Source of the DNA: Geosiphon pyriformis uo1
Lineage: Eukaryota; Fungi; Glomeromycota
Direction of reading: 5' to 3'
DNA: 64,000 bases
Assembly (NCBI GenBank): GCA_016748015.1
Contig: JAAOMT010000276.1
Coordinates: 558,001 to 622,000, forward strand
Positions 37,195-52,030 of the stretch are shown here, piece by piece. Within the stretch, counting starts at the first letter, position 1. The number at the start of each line of letters is the position of its first letter. The notes under the pieces are model-generated. The model did not search any database, had not been told where the DNA came from, and was given only the letters and a program-made list of their open reading frames with translations. The position numbers and the translations under genes were made by a program.

Positions 37195-40100
37195 ATTAAA
37201 AAAACTTTTTTTTTTCTATATTTAAAATTCTTTAAAAAGCATATTTTTTTGAAAAAAAAGTTTTTTTAATTTTAAAATAGAAGAAAATATTGAACTTTTT
37301 TTATTTCTTTTCAATATTTCTTTGAACAAAAAATAAATTGATTCCAAAATTGTTAAAATATAAGTAAAAGTTGTAGCTAGAAAATTTTTTGCTTTGAATA
37401 TTAATTTTTCAATAATAGAAAATAAATTAGTAATTACAAAAACTCAAGTAATTAGGAAATATTTTTTAATTAATAATAATTTTAAAAAAGCTATTACTTC
37501 TTTAAAATTTAAAAAATTTATCAGATTTATATTTTATATTAAAAAAAACATAAAAAAAACCACATTATTGGCCAAAAAAAAATATTATTGTAAACAGCAA
37601 TCTTAAAAAACAAAAAATTTATTTAGATTAAGCTGTAGTAATTAAAAAAATTTTCATAAATATGCCAAAAAAAATAATCATTGTTATAGTATCTAAGTTT
37701 GGTCAAATTATATCAATTTAATTACAACTAATTAGATTGTAACAAAAAGCTGTAATAAAATTTGTTAAATTAAATTAAACAAATTGGTTGGCAATTAAAT
37801 AATTATTTTTAATTAGAAAAAACTTAGTGTATATAACCAGAGCTGTTAAAGATTATAATATTTGGATATCAAAGAATTGGTTTAAAATATTTTTGTTTGC
37901 TTTATTAATAAAAACAACTGCTTATAATTTTGGTGTTTTGTTAAAAAAGACTGATAGAAAAACTCATGTTATTAATTGTTTATTTAAAACTGGCAATAGG
38001 GTTTATTATGTTGTAATTAGTTTTAAATTAAAAGTTAATTTAGAGTTAGCTTTTTTACAGAGCCAATTTTGGGTAATATTAAGTTTTTTTGTACTAGGTT
38101 GGATTTGGTTTGATGTAAAAAGTATAAATAGTTTAAATATTTTATTTTGGAATGTAATATGCCAAATATATCTACTTTTAAGCTTTTAAAAATATATAAA
38201 AAGTTTGTCTTATATAAAAATTATCTTTAATTAACCAAATTATACATTAGAAAAAATGTTCACATTTTATGTTTTGCTATTTTTGGTGGCAAATTTTAAG
38301 CCCAAATGGTTTTGTTTGCTGCTGTCTTTGATAATAATTACTTTGGTTCTGGTTTTAAATCATTTTTTTTGGTGCTTTGTGTTTTTTTAAAGCTTTTTTT
38401 ATTTTGTAAAATAGTTTGTTTATTAATGCTTGCTTAGTTTTTTTGAAACTTCTGACAAATTAAATATTTAGTATTGTATATAGACTAAGTGATATGAATT
38501 TGGTGTCTCTGGTATTTGTTTTTCTATTTGCTTTATTTCCTGTTTCTGGACTGTTGAATTTAAATTTAAATTTGAACATTGTCTTAGATAGATCATATTT
38601 ATTATCTTTTTTTTTTCTATTGACAAAAACTAAAATTCTTAAGTTGAGTTTAAATTGCTTCAAAATTTTAACCACCAAAGTAAACAGCTTAGAATTAAAA
38701 ATAATGGCTCTTAAGATTTCTGTTAATTCAGTTTTGATAAGATTAAATTAATTGTGTTTTGGCTTAGATTTTTTGGTGTTTTTTTTATTCTAATAACTAA
38801 TCATATTTGAAAATTCACTACATATAATATTAAAAAAATAAACAATTTTGCTAAGCAAAAAGATATCTTTTACTAGCATAAAGATAAAAACAATTTTGTA
38901 TTTATTATAATAAAAACAAAACTAAAATATAAGATTTGTCTTTAAATTATAAGCAAATTTGAGAAAATTGGAATTTTTACTTTAAGTATTAACTTCAATT
39001 ATCTGAGTTTTGGTGTTATTGTAATAATTAATAATATTATTATTAAACATATATACAAAGTATTAGAAGTAGCTAGTCAATTTTTGTTAATATATTTGTT
39101 ATTCAAAAATTGTTTTTTGGTTTCTATTTTAAGTATATATACTAATATTACTTTGAAAAAAAGGTTGGCCCAGTTTTGTAATATCAATTCAATAGTAGTT
39201 AAAACTTTAAATAACAGTATATTTGTGGTTCTTAATAATTTTAATAAGAATAATTCAGATTAGTAATATTAATGAGAAAATTTGGAAAAAGTTTAGAAGT
39301 TTGTTGTTGGTTGTTGTTTTAATTGTTGCCAATAACTTTAATAATTACAAAAAAAGAGCTAATTTCAATAAAATATTACAGCTGTTTTGTTAAGTAATAT
39401 GCTCTATAGCTAATATTGCTCTTTTAAAAACATAATATTAAAATAATAAAATAGCCAAATGTACTGTATTTTCTAAGTTTTACAAATTAGAATTATTAGT
39501 ATTAAAGATCTTAAAAGCATACTGGTTAAGAATAAAGCATTTTCTAGTGTAATATTGTGAATTAGTTTTAATAAATTTTTGTTAATAATTAAAAATCTTT
39601 CTAATAATAAAGCTATTGAATTGTTTAGTATTTTTAATAAAATATAAAAATATTGTAATAAGTTTGTTTTAAATTATCTTTTATGTTTATCTAATTTATG
39701 CTTGATAATTAAATCAGTTTTTAATACTTAAAAAAAGAGCTAAATATCTATAATTTTAAAATTTTATAAATAAGAAAACATTTTAATAAACACCAAACTT
39801 ATTGCTCTTATTGAAACTACAAAAAAAATTATTTCAAAAATTTTTGATTGTATTTTTAAGGTCTATAGCAAATAAAAAATTTTATGCAAAAACAACTTTT
39901 TAGTTTTAAAAGACATTTCAATTTAGTTTCTTATTTTTATTATTAGATTTGTTGTTAAAAATGGTTTAAAAAAAGATAAAAAGATCTAATTGGTGCTTTA
40001 AAACATACATAAAGCTTATAATTTAGTAAACTAATCACATCTGAAAAACAGTTTGAAATAAGTTAAAATATGTAATAGATTTATCAAATTTTTTGGCCAT

Positions 40101-42845
40101 ATTTACAATAGTTATATAAATAGAATTATAATAAACTTTGATTTGTCTAAAAATTATAAGATTCATAATAAACTAGATTAAAATAAAGTTTTTTTGTCTT
40201 TTTTTTGGAGAATTTTTTGACTCTCTTTTGTGTAAAATAAAAAGGCAAAAAATTCTGTTTGAATATTATATGAATTTCAAATTTGTTACTAAAACTGACA
40301 AAATTAGATTCAATATTAATCTGACTTTTTATTTAACTACTGATGCTTTTGTGAATAATACAATTTAGATCAGTAATTATTATACAGTAATATAAAACAT
40401 TTTAAATATTGTTAATAAATTTTTTGATATTATAAATATTTTAATAAATACAAAAAAAACAGTAGTTATTTTAATCAATCCAAGAGCCAATAATGTTTTT
40501 TTAAAATATAAATAAATCTTTTATTTCAATTATAAAAACTGGTAAAACTTATTAGTATTTAGACATTTTTTTGTTAACTAAGAGTTTTTTTGGTCTAAAT
40601 TTGAAAAAAACAAATTTGAATATAAAGTTTTTTTTGTCTATAGTTTTAAGCAAAGCTATTTTAAATAAACAATTTTTCTATTTGGTTTCAGGTGTTTTGC
40701 AGCCTATTGTTAAATACAGAACTCAATTTAATTTTATTAATAAAAATATATATAAAAAGTAAAATTGTCTAATTAGAAAGAGATTAAAATCTAAGACTAG
40801 TTTGCCAAAGAACTTTTTTAATAAAATTGTATATTATCTATTTTTATATAATTTGAAAACTTTTAATCAAGTTTAAACAGAAAAAAAGATAGCATCAATA
40901 ATAAATTTTGCTAATGTTAAAAGTATTTTTAATCAGTTTTTTAAATACAAATTGTTGAATTTACAGATTTTAAGTTGGATTTTTTAGAACTTTTTTTAAT
41001 TTTCTGTTAAGTTGAAAATCAATACTATAAACAATTTTCTGGCTAAAATTACTAAAAATTTTTTATATAATAATATATTCTTAATTAATAATTTGCTTAA
41101 TGCTTTTTGTTTTAAGCATAATATTCTTGTTTTGGATATTTTAAATCAGATAAAATGCTTTTAGATTTATAGATTTTCAAAATGTTTTAGCATTGTTTTT
41201 GTAGATTAATTTTTGAATAGTTATAGAGAATGTTTTGTTTTAAAAGATTTTAACAATAGAAATAGTTGAATCTTAAAAATTTGGTTTTTTTTGGTTTACA
41301 CAGATATTAAATTTTGTTAGAAATAGTGGTTTGGTTTAAAGTTTTCTACTTGTTTTTAAACATTTTTTCAAAATAAGTGTGACTAATATGTACAGCTTTA
41401 ATATTGTTTGTTTTAGTTTAAAAGATACATTTTTGTCTAAGATTTTAATTTACATTAATGGTTCTGTTAAAAACTTTGGCTTCTTTAATACTATTGGTAA
41501 TATAATTGTCTATTTTTCTAATTTAGATTTATATATAAGTGTAAAAATTTATGAATTGTTGTTTTTAACTTTAGCTAAAATATAGACTATTGTTTTGGCT
41601 CTTAAGTATATTTCAGTATTTTCTAAAGTCACAATCTTTTTTAATAGTCAAGTCTTTTTGAATATATATTAGGCTGAGTTAAAATTAATGATGTCTAATT
41701 TTCACAACAGATTAAATGCTATTATATTAGTAATTTGGTTAAAAATAAAAGCATTTCTGTAAATTACACCAAGATAAAAGATTATTCTAATGTATTAAAC
41801 AATAAGTGTATTAATAAGTTGGTAGATTAAACTATTTTTTCAGGACTCATTTTTTTGGTAAATATTAAGAAAAATTTTTTGTTGGCTAATAGCAAAATAG
41901 TGTTTGGCAATATTTGTTATTTTATTAGAATTGTAAATAATATTATAAGACATTTTTAATAAAAAGTTAGACCAAATTTCAGTGTTGTGAAATTTTTACA
42001 TGTTGGTAATATTAACTAAAAACATACTATTTCAATTTAGTATTCTAATTTTTATATGGCTGCTAAATACACAAATAAAGCTATTGCTAATTTGTATATA
42101 TACTTAATAAAGATTTTACATGAAATATTGCCAGTAGTAATTAAGAAGTACTTATATAATGATAGTTTGTTAAATATATTATATATATATTATAGTAAAA
42201 TAGAGTTTTTGAATTATAGTTTTGTTTACAGCTTAGATGTTTCTGTTTATTAAAATCTGTTGAATAAATATTCTGTTCTTTAAAAGTCTTTAATTAGTGC
42301 AAATTTGGCTTTGTTTATAGTTCTTTAATTATTGGTTATATGTGTTTTTGATATTAGTCTGTATACAATTTTATACAAGAGATTTGTATTTAAGGACTGG
42401 TTGATAAAAATTAAAAGTTTTTTTAAGGATGCTAAGTTTGCTGTGTTTAGATTAGTTAAAGATTTAGCTGTTGGTTATAAAAAATAGATAGATATCTAAT
42501 TTAAAGCTTTAAATTAAGATAGATTATAGAAATTTGTTAAATAAAAATAATTTTATGTTTAATATTGTTTGTGGTCTATCTGCTAGAATTTTAGATAGTG
42601 TTGCTTATTTGTTAAAAATTAAAAAGAATTATGTTGTTAGTTTTGAATTAAAAGTTGGTTATTTGTTTTTGTAGATACAATTAGAGAAGTTTTAATTAAC
42701 ATAGTTACATAATGTTATCTTAATTAGCCAAATAGTTAATTATATATAGCAAGTATATAAATTATATTTAATTTAGAATTCTAAATAATTATATTATATT
42801 AAATAGTAATTGGGCTTTACTTATAAATTAATAAAAAAATAATAA
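37195..42845 (+). mobile_element. Heavily decayed near-full-length LINE (L-f) with internal deletions
   Basis: 5'UTR like L-c. ORF1 remnants (LSLNCFKILTTKVNSLELKIMAL), RT remnant FVNNTI*, RNase H remnant IYINGSV, and 3'UTR at 42710-42845. Confidence 0.88.
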
Positions 42846-43029
42846 TAATAAAATTAATATAAATATCAAAAAAATTAAATAAACCAATATTTTATTTTTT
42901 ATAAAAAAGATATAGGCTTTAAAATAAAAATAGTATTTTAAAGAATTAATTATTTTAAATTAAAAATTTTTTTTTTGATTTTTTTGATTATTTAAACAAA
43001 ATTATAAAAAAAAGTAATTTAATAATTAG

Positions 43030-46000
43030 TTTATTATTAAAAAATTAAAAATTTTTTGTAATAATATTAATTATACTAAAATTGGTTTTAAAGTTTAGTA
43101 AATTTAAAGTTAAGGTAAATAATATCATAAAAAGTTGAACTAAAAAACATCTAATTTTTGAGATAATGTCTAAGCTTTGGTGTTTTTAATACTTTCTACT
43201 GAAATATGTTAATAACAATATCTTTTTTGGTATTATGACTGGAATTAGTATAAAAGAGTTGGTTTAAATAATCAGAAATCTGTTAAATAACAAGACTGTT
43301 GAACTTTCTGATATTTCAAATAAACTTTGAAAACATAGTAGTAATAAGATGCTGATTTGTCTCTTAAACATTTTGAATTTGTGTTTGGTTTTTGAATTGG
43401 TTCCTGCTTTTTGGAAGCAGACTTAAGTTTTTATGATACTAAAGCTTTATAATTAAAATAAAATTTTAATAAACACTAGACCTATTATGCTAATTAAAAC
43501 TGCTAAAAAAATTTTATTCAATAATCAGATATTTTTTGCTTATAGTAAATTTAATGTTTTCTATGAAGATAATTTCTTGGTTCTTAAGGACATTTAACTT
43601 AATTTCCGATTTTTGTCATTAGGTCAATTATAGAAAATGTTTTGAAAAAGAACAAAAAATTGTGGCTGGTTTTACAAAATATGTGTAAAGTTTATAATTT
43701 TGTTGGCTAGTATTATTTGCAGAACAGTTTGGTTAGGATCAAAATGTGTCTATGCTTTATAAAATTTTTTGGATATATTTACAATAATTGAATTAATTAA
43801 ATAATAACAGATTTTAGGCTTTCTGATTATTATATTGTGCACAATAAACTAGATTAAAATGAAATATTTTTTTTTCTGCTTTGGAGAATTTTCTATGATT
43901 TTCTTTTGTGTAAGATTAAGCAACATAAACACTTGTATAAGTATAGAATAGATTCTAGATTTAAGGCTAAATTGGACTAAATAAAAGCTTAAACTGGAAT
44001 GTTCTCCTATTTTGCTACAAAAGTTTTTGTAAATAATACAATTTAGATAATCAGTAGTCAGACTACAACTCAGTATATTTTAAATATAGTAGGTAAATTC
44101 TATAATATTAATAATATTTTTATAAACAATAACAAAACTGTGGCTGTTCTAATTAATCAAAAAGAAAAAAAAACTTCCTTGCTTATTAATGGCTCACCAA
44201 TTGCCATGGCTAAAAAAGTAAATTATATCATTATTTAAATATATATTTTTTAACTAAGAGACTTTTAAAGCCTAATTTGGCCAAGATACAATTAGATATT
44301 AAGTTTTTTTTTTAAATATTATGCTTTATTTTTTTTTTATTAGAGTTTAACGAGCAAGGCCCAACCATTATCTAATATAATATGACTACGTTTATGCTTT
44401 ATAAAATGATTTTTAAGAAACAGTTTTGTTATTTGGTATCAATAATTCTGCAACTTATTGTTAAATATAAAATGCAATTTAGTTTTATTTTTAAGAATAT
44501 TTGTTCTAAATAAGATATTTTAATTAAGAAAAACTTGAAGCTTAAGACTAATTTGCTTTACAATTTTTCTATTAATGTATTGTACTATCTATTTCTATAA
44601 ACTTAAAGAGTTTTGAATAGATGCAGACTGAAAAAAAGATGTTTTTTGTGTTAAGCTTTGCAAATATGTCTGTAATTTTAGGACATTTTTTTAAATATTA
44701 TTGTCTGAATTTGCAGATTTTTAGTTGGCTACTAATATATTTATTGTATTATCTTATAAAATTAAACATTAGTCTAAAAAATAATTTTTTGGCTGGAATT
44801 ATAAAGATTTTTTTTTTTTGTTACTTGTTTTTTTTTGTTAATTTGTTGAATGCTTTTTAGTTTTTTAATAATATGTAAATATTTGTTGTTTTTGGAAATG
44901 CTGGCTTTTTTAAGATAATTCAGTTTTTGAAATAGTTTAAAGTGGCTTTTATAAAACAGCTATTGAATAAAAAAATAACTGTTTTAACTAGAAGTGTTTT
45001 AGGCATTGGAAGCAGTTAGATCTGAGAAAACTGGTCCTTGAGTAATTTAAGTTGTCAATTCAATTTTTGGATAACAGAATAAATTTTGCTCATGTTTAGT
45101 TTTAATTGAGTACTAACTGCTCTTTTGATATTGGTAGTTTTAATTTGGTTTCACATATTAAGGATAAGTTGTTAAATTTTGATTTAACTAGTTTTAATGT
45201 TTAATAAATGATTTTGTCAAGAATTTTGGCTTACTTTTAGTCATTGAAGAAGTTATTATTTATTTTTTTAATGTTAATCTCAGATTTGAAGTTAGTGTAT
45301 ATAGTGTTATGTTTTTAATTTTATTTAAAATCAAGATTGTTTTTTTTGTATTTATTTATGCTTTTATGAAAAATATTGTAATTATTCATTCAGATAACCA
45401 AATAGTTTTAAGTACATATATAAATAAATTAAATGTAGTGGTGTTCAACTTCAGGAATTATTTTTGAATAAACCAAAAATATGTAGTTAATATTATTAAA
45501 GAAAGAGATTTGTTGGTTTTATGAATTAAAATTAAGAGTTATATTGATAATATAAGTAATAAATATGCTAATACACATGCCTTTAAGTCCTGTTTTTCTG
45601 GTGTAATTTTTTTGACTATGGTTTATAAATTGTATATTTAATCTGTTAGTATAACACTTTTTTGTAATATTTGACATTTTGTAAAAGATTACTACAAAGT
45701 TTTATATCAAGCTAGATAACAGAATGAGTTTAGTTCTAGTATGTTAAAAGATTTGAATGTTTAAAAGATTGATTGAAAGAAAACAATTGAAATATGGCAT
45801 TTTAATGCTTATATAACTTTTAAATTCATGAATAAATTAACAACTGGTTTGCACATCTACATAATAAAAATTTTGTACAGACATTTGCTAATTACAATTA
45901 GAAAGCACTTGTATAATACATAATATTTTAGTATATTGTATATGTTTTATAATAAAATTAAAATATTTGATTATATCTTTATGTATATTTTGAATAGGAA

Positions 46001-46620
46001 CTGCTGTAAAAAGATACTTATAAAGTTTTGTAAGCAATAAGTGTTTTTGGTTAGTATTAATGTTTTATTTTCTGTGGTTTTTTGGAATCTAAAATTTTAT
46101 TTAATTAATATTAGTTTATATATATTTTTAGTCAAGAGTTTTATGTTTAAGAAATGATTTAGAGAGACTAAACTGGTTTTTGGTAATTTTGGCCAATTTG
46201 AAATACATATTGTTTTTTTTATAAGAAATTTAGTATTTGCTCACAAATTTAAAGTGTAATATTACAAATTTGAGCACATAATTATTCTTGTTAAAAATGA
46301 TTTATTGATATTAAATAATTGTATAATACTTTATATAAGTAGTATTATAGGTAAATTTAGTGATGAAATTGTTATATTGTTGAGTCTAAAAAAAATAGAA
46401 ATATGTATTTTGAGTTGTATTTGTTTTGTTTATTTTGTTTTAGTCTGAATAATAATATAAAAGTTTTAATAAATATATAGTATTGTCTTAATTGGTCTGA
46501 ATAACTAATTATATATAGTAAATACATGAATTATATTTAGTTTATAATACATATATATTGTATTTACTAGATAGTAATTAGACCTTACTTATTAAATACA
46601 TAATAAAAAAATAAAATAAT
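43030..46620 (+). mobile_element. 5'-truncated decayed LINE (L-g)
   Basis: RT remnants (LWLVLQNMCKVYN, FVNNTI*), RNase H and 3'UTR at 46480-46620. Confidence 0.88.
44330..44391 (-). mobile_element. 62-bp extremely 5'-truncated LINE-tail insertion
   Basis: The reverse complement is ..tagataatggttgggccttgctcgttaaactctaata plus an A-run, i.e. the LINE 3' terminus. 11-bp TSD ttatgctttat at 44319-44329 and 44392-44402. Confidence 0.9.
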
Positions 46621-47428
46621 TATTATAATTTATGTTTAAATATATAATATTATATATGTTTTGTATTTTGTTATAAAAAGTTTTTTATAAAAAGTTTTTA
46701 TAATATAAATATAAATATTAATAATATTATTATTAATTAACTTATATTAAAATATAAGTTTAAAGATAATATTAAACCAGTTTTTTTAATTAATATTATT
46801 AATTAAATTTTATGTTTAAATATTTCTTGGTATATATTAAATATAATTAATAATATATATAAACAAAATATTAAATATTATTAAAAATAGCCAAATTATT
46901 TTTTTAATACAAAATTTGTTAAATATTTTATATAATATTTAAGATTAAATATTAAAAAATAATTTTTAACTTTTTTCAATATGCTAACAGACTTTTATTT
47001 TTAATTATATTTATATAATTAAATTTAAATATAAGATCTTTAATTTATATTTATTAATAACTATGTTACTGTTTATATATATGCTGCATATATTTTTTTT
47101 AGATATAAAAATATTTTAAATAAATTTATACTTATAATACAATTTTATTTTGTATATAAATAAGTTTTGTTTAATAAATAAAATAAATTATACAATTTAT
47201 ATTAAAATTAAAAATATTTAAAAGCCAAAAAATTTATTGATTAATTAAATTTACTATCAATCAACACATCTGCCAATTTGATTTTCACATGTGTGGGAAA
47301 TCCTCTTCAGCGAAACGAAATTTTCCACGTTTACACTTCCCTTTTATTTAATCGTAAATCAAACCGTTTAAAATATATAAAATTCAATTGGTTTTATTTC
47401 AAATCTTCAAGTATCCAAATATTGAAAA

Positions 47429-48666
47429 ATGTTTCTCATAAACTGGTTCTACGACGTACTTTCATTTTTAGGTGTGTGTACTTTGGAAAAATTTCGACTA
47501 TTGCTTTTGGTTCATGATTGCGAGTAAGTTGCTCATCAATCTGACTCCTGCCTTAAATTCCAGGTTTTGTGAACAAAAACGCAAAGCTTCTTTTTTTAGG
47601 ACTTGATAATGCTGGGAAAACGACTTTATTGCACATGTTGAAGAATGACCGTCTTGCCACTTTACAGCCAACATTACACCCTAGTACGTTCCTAGAGATG
47701 ATACCTTTATTTTATTCTTTCTAACAAGGCACTATTTAATGGCTTTTTTTCATACAATTTCCTTCGTTGTTAATAAAACGCGTGATCTTAGCCTCGGAAG
47801 AACTTTCCATAGGTAATGTTCGCTTCACAACTTATGATCTAGGTGGGCATCAACCAGGTATGTAAATTTTTTTAATGGTCGATCCACAAAATATATATGC
47901 AAGTGTTAAATTATGGTTTATAGTTGAGGGGGAAACAGTTTAAAGAATTGGGCGATTGAACAAACTACTTCTTATCTAACATGATACTAGTTACCGTGTT
48001 GTCTTGGCTAGGATCATATACCTAAACAAAATAAATTGACAATTTTTAAGGCGTTTAAAAATTGAAATTACTTTTATCTTTTCCATGAAATCTTGTTCAG
48101 CCCGCCGCCTTTGGAAAGATTATTTTCCGGAAGTCTCAGGGATTGTGTTTATGGTTGATGCTTGCGATCGTGAACGATTTCCCGAAAGCAGGACCGAATT
48201 AGATGTATGTATTCTATTAGTTGTACTGACCTTTTGTTGATTTATCATTTATTTACGCATCCTTTTTTACTAAAATTGCAAGGCCCTTCTCTCCATCGAA
48301 GAGCTCTCTACGGTTCCATTCTTGATTCTTGGTAATAAAATTGACGCGCCTGGGGCTATATCTGAAGAAGAATTGCGATACGCTTTGGGATTGTATCAAA
48401 CGACTGGGAAGGTTGTTATACTTTCGATTGATGATCATATTATCACCTTCAGATTTTAAATATTTTTTATCTCATACATAGGGCAAAGTTCCTTTGAGAG
48501 ACTTTCGACCTATTGAGGTCTTTATGTGCTCAGTCGTAATGAGGCAAGGATATGGTGAAGGTATGTACAGAATTTTTGTTGTCATATTCCTATTGAAATC
48601 GACCACAAAATAAAACAATCTGCATTTGTCATTCAAGGCTTTCGTTGGATATCTCAATATATCTAA
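47429..48666 (+). CDS. SAR1: Small COPII GTPase Sar1, 7 exons
   Basis: Exons 47429-47471, 47564-47683, 47792-47857, 48101-48204, 48283-48411, 48482-48560, 48638-48666 with GT-AG introns. Protein has [25 protein letters not shown] and ends GFRWISQYI*. Confidence 0.97.
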
Positions 48667-49257
48667 CCTGATCAGATGATTGTCCCCTTATAAGCCAAGC
48701 CTTCGTGTGCAATTTTGCTAAGCCAGATGTTGATTCCTCTAAGAGGAAATAGTAAAAAGGCTTTTGCATGCATTTTCCGTCTTTCTTTCCCGTATATATT
48801 CAAGAATCCTCAAAATCAAAGGACTTTATATAAACCCAATCCCAGATAAAAAAATGTCATAGTTCATGCTGGATCCTATTTAGAAAGAGCATTATTTAGT
48901 TCATATAATTTTTTGTTTCACCAATTTAATATTCCAAAATTAGCTTTTGATTTCTGCATTTGCAGCAGATCAGTCATCCAGTAACCGATTATCTTTTGCA
49001 CAATAGGTGAATTTAAGGTGAACAATTGAGATTTTAAAGTTTCAGATGCTTTGTTTTCTCCTAAAAGCTGAATGTAAAGCTAATTCGCCACAGCATTGAG
49101 AATTAGATTAGTTGTCCCTATCTGCTATGAGCTTTTAGTATCACATGAAATACAGAAAAGTAAGTTTGTTAGACATATGCGTTTTTACTTGTGTGTTCAT
49201 CCATTATAAAAATGAAAAATCATTTTTCTTTTCTTTATTAAAACAAGATTGAACGAA

Positions 49258-51800
49258 ATGCGCCGAACTACTACCACCACCACTAACTCTATTGCCGCAA
49301 ATTCCTCAGCTTCCCCCAAGAAAAAAAGTATTACGGGGAAAACCAAGGTTTCAACCACTACTACTCTTGACTCTAACCTGAATTCACCTATACGGGATCT
49401 CGCTCCACCACGTTCTACTGCATCGAAAACCCGTTCAAGGTCACCGTCACCGCGCACCAATGTTAAACCTAAGACCCCTTTAACCACACCCTCGAAGACT
49501 GTCGTACCTACCACTTCTAACACGGGATCTTCATCTCCTTCGGCAGAAATTATCCAAAGCGCTAAAAGCACCCCTTCTATCAAAGAAGCCATTGCGAAAG
49601 CAAGACTCAGAAGGGCAAACAAAAAGACTTCAGATGTTCAGAACGGAGAAGTGGAAGCGGATACTGAAAGCTTAAAGGATAATATAAAGCAAGCAAGAAC
49701 TTCGGGTAAGAGTTTGATACTTTCTTCAACTACGTTTATTTAGCTTCTCTGTTAAGGAAATATTCACATATGTTTGTTGTAAATTAGGCCGAATTAACCT
49801 TTCGAATCGTTCTTTGACCGAGATTCCAGAGGAAGTGTGGAAAATGTATGAGGTTGATAGCACAGCTATCGACATCGATTTTTCTGCCAACAACTCTGAT
49901 TTATGGTATCAAGCTGTCGATTTGACGCGTTTCATAGCTGCCGATAATCAATTGAAAACGGTAGATAAGCGTATTGTGGAATTCAATGCCTTGGTTTTGA
50001 TAGATGTATGTGACTAAACCTCTTTTCAGTTATCACATGTCCCAATTAGCTTTCTATTTAAAACACTCTATATATTCCTCGTTGAAAGCTTCATAATAAT
50101 CAGTTGGCAACTTTGCCTGATGAGTTTGGGGAATTACAAGACTTGACTACGTTGAATCTGTCCACAAATCAATTTACCGAGCTTCCGAAATGTTTGACTT
50201 CTTTATCTTCCCTAATTGATCTTCAACTATCTGGCAATAAGTTGTCGGGAACCTTAGACCTATCTTTTGGGAACCTAGCAAGGCTCGAGTTTTTGGACAT
50301 TTCATCCAACAAGTTAACTGAGCTACCTGAAGAAATTCACAATTTGAAAAATCTCCGTAAACTTAACATAAAAAAAAACAAGTTAAAAGAAATTCCCGGC
50401 CTTGCATTAAGTGGAATGACCAAACTTGAAGAGTTAGAAGCCAGTGAGAACATGTTGGAGAATATATTTAGTGGTCTCAATGATCAGCCTGTTAACCTAC
50501 CTTTTCTTAAGCGACTTGATCTTCGTCAGAATTGTTTACAGGTGCTAGATCAAACGCGAAGAAATGCCACCTATTTCAAACCAACTATATCATTGCCGAA
50601 ACTTAAAGAACTTTTGATCTCTTTCAATCATTTGGAGTCACTCGGATCGTTGCTCCATACAACTCCGGAACTTGAGATTCTTGCCATAGGCGATAATAAG
50701 TTTCATGAGATTCCAGAGGGGTTGACATCGTTAAAAAAGTTGAAACGGTTAGATTTGAGAAATAATAGATTAAGATTATTATCCGCTGAATTAGGTCTAT
50801 TGGAATCTCTAGATGTGCTTCTCTGGGATGGAAACCCCTTGAGAAATTCTCCAAAGGGACAGTCTACAACTACGCTTTTGAAGTCACTTCGAGATCGGCT
50901 CACTACCGTTGGTTGGTTTTTTTTAATGATGGTCTTCAAATATTTTTAAGAATTCAAAATAATATGTTTATGATCTTTTTTTCAGATCTTGAGAACATGG
51001 AGGGATCAATGATGAAAGAACCAGGTTCATCGCCTCATAATCTTGGACGTATTAGTGGCCGAAGAGCTCATTCGAAAGATGATGACTTTTCAGATCCTCT
51101 AAACACATTGATGGTCGGATCCAAAACTTTAGATTTGTCTAAGAAATCCCTCTCCTCAATATCAGATGACGAAATGGAATCCTTGCCATTTGAACCTAAT
51201 ATTGTCCATCTAGGCTTTAATTCATTCCAAACGATTCCCACTTCTTTCAAACTGTTTAAGGACATAATCACAACTTTACAACTGGACCACAACAAAATCA
51301 TTACTTTTCCGAGTTTTGACGACAAATCATTAATTTTCGTTAATCTTCACACTTTAGGTATTTCCACATTTCGATTTTTTTTGCTAATTTCTGTTGATAC
51401 TCATAATTTTTCTAATAAATTCTTAGACCTTTCGGCAAATCAAATTACTTCATTACCTGTTGAATCTGAACAAACTGCATTCCCTAATCTGAAAATTCTT
51501 AACCTAAATCAAAACCGTATTTCTGCCTTACCAGCAAAGTTACCTTTCCCACATTTAACTACGCTTCTTGCTTCAATGAACGCGCTTACAGCAATTACAA
51601 TCTCGACATTTGAGAATATGGAATTTGTAGATTTGTCCAATAACAATATAGGTCATTTACCACCGGAATTAGGCAATTTACTAACAATCAAAACACTTCT
51701 TGTCGAGGGCAATTCGTTCAGGGTTCCCAGGTACACAATTGTACAACAAGGCACTAGCGCAGTGATGGAATGGTTACGTGGACGTATAGTTCAAAAATAA
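49258..51800 (+). CDS. Leucine-rich repeat protein, LRRC40-like, with an S/T/P-rich N-terminal extension; 5 exons
   Basis: Exons about 49258-49705, 49788-50005, 50089-50911, 50986-51357, 51427-51800. N-cap KQARTSGRINLSNRSLTEIPEEVW and C-cap LPPELGNL..LLVEGNSFRVPR..GTSAVMEWLRGRI as in LRRC40. Confidence 0.9.
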
Positions 51801-52030
51801 TTTGAAAATGTATATAGAATCAGCTGGGAAACAATAAAATAATTATTTTTACATATATACAAATTCTCGAATCAATGCATCCCCAAAGAGAAAGGCCTTT
51901 CTTTAAAATCTCCAAACTTAACGATTAATATTGTTTGTAATTGTGCATAACATATCGTGAGACCAAATATTTTAATTTAAATGATCACTTCCTAATACAA
52001 CGGATACGTCCATCAATTAACGCTTTCTAT

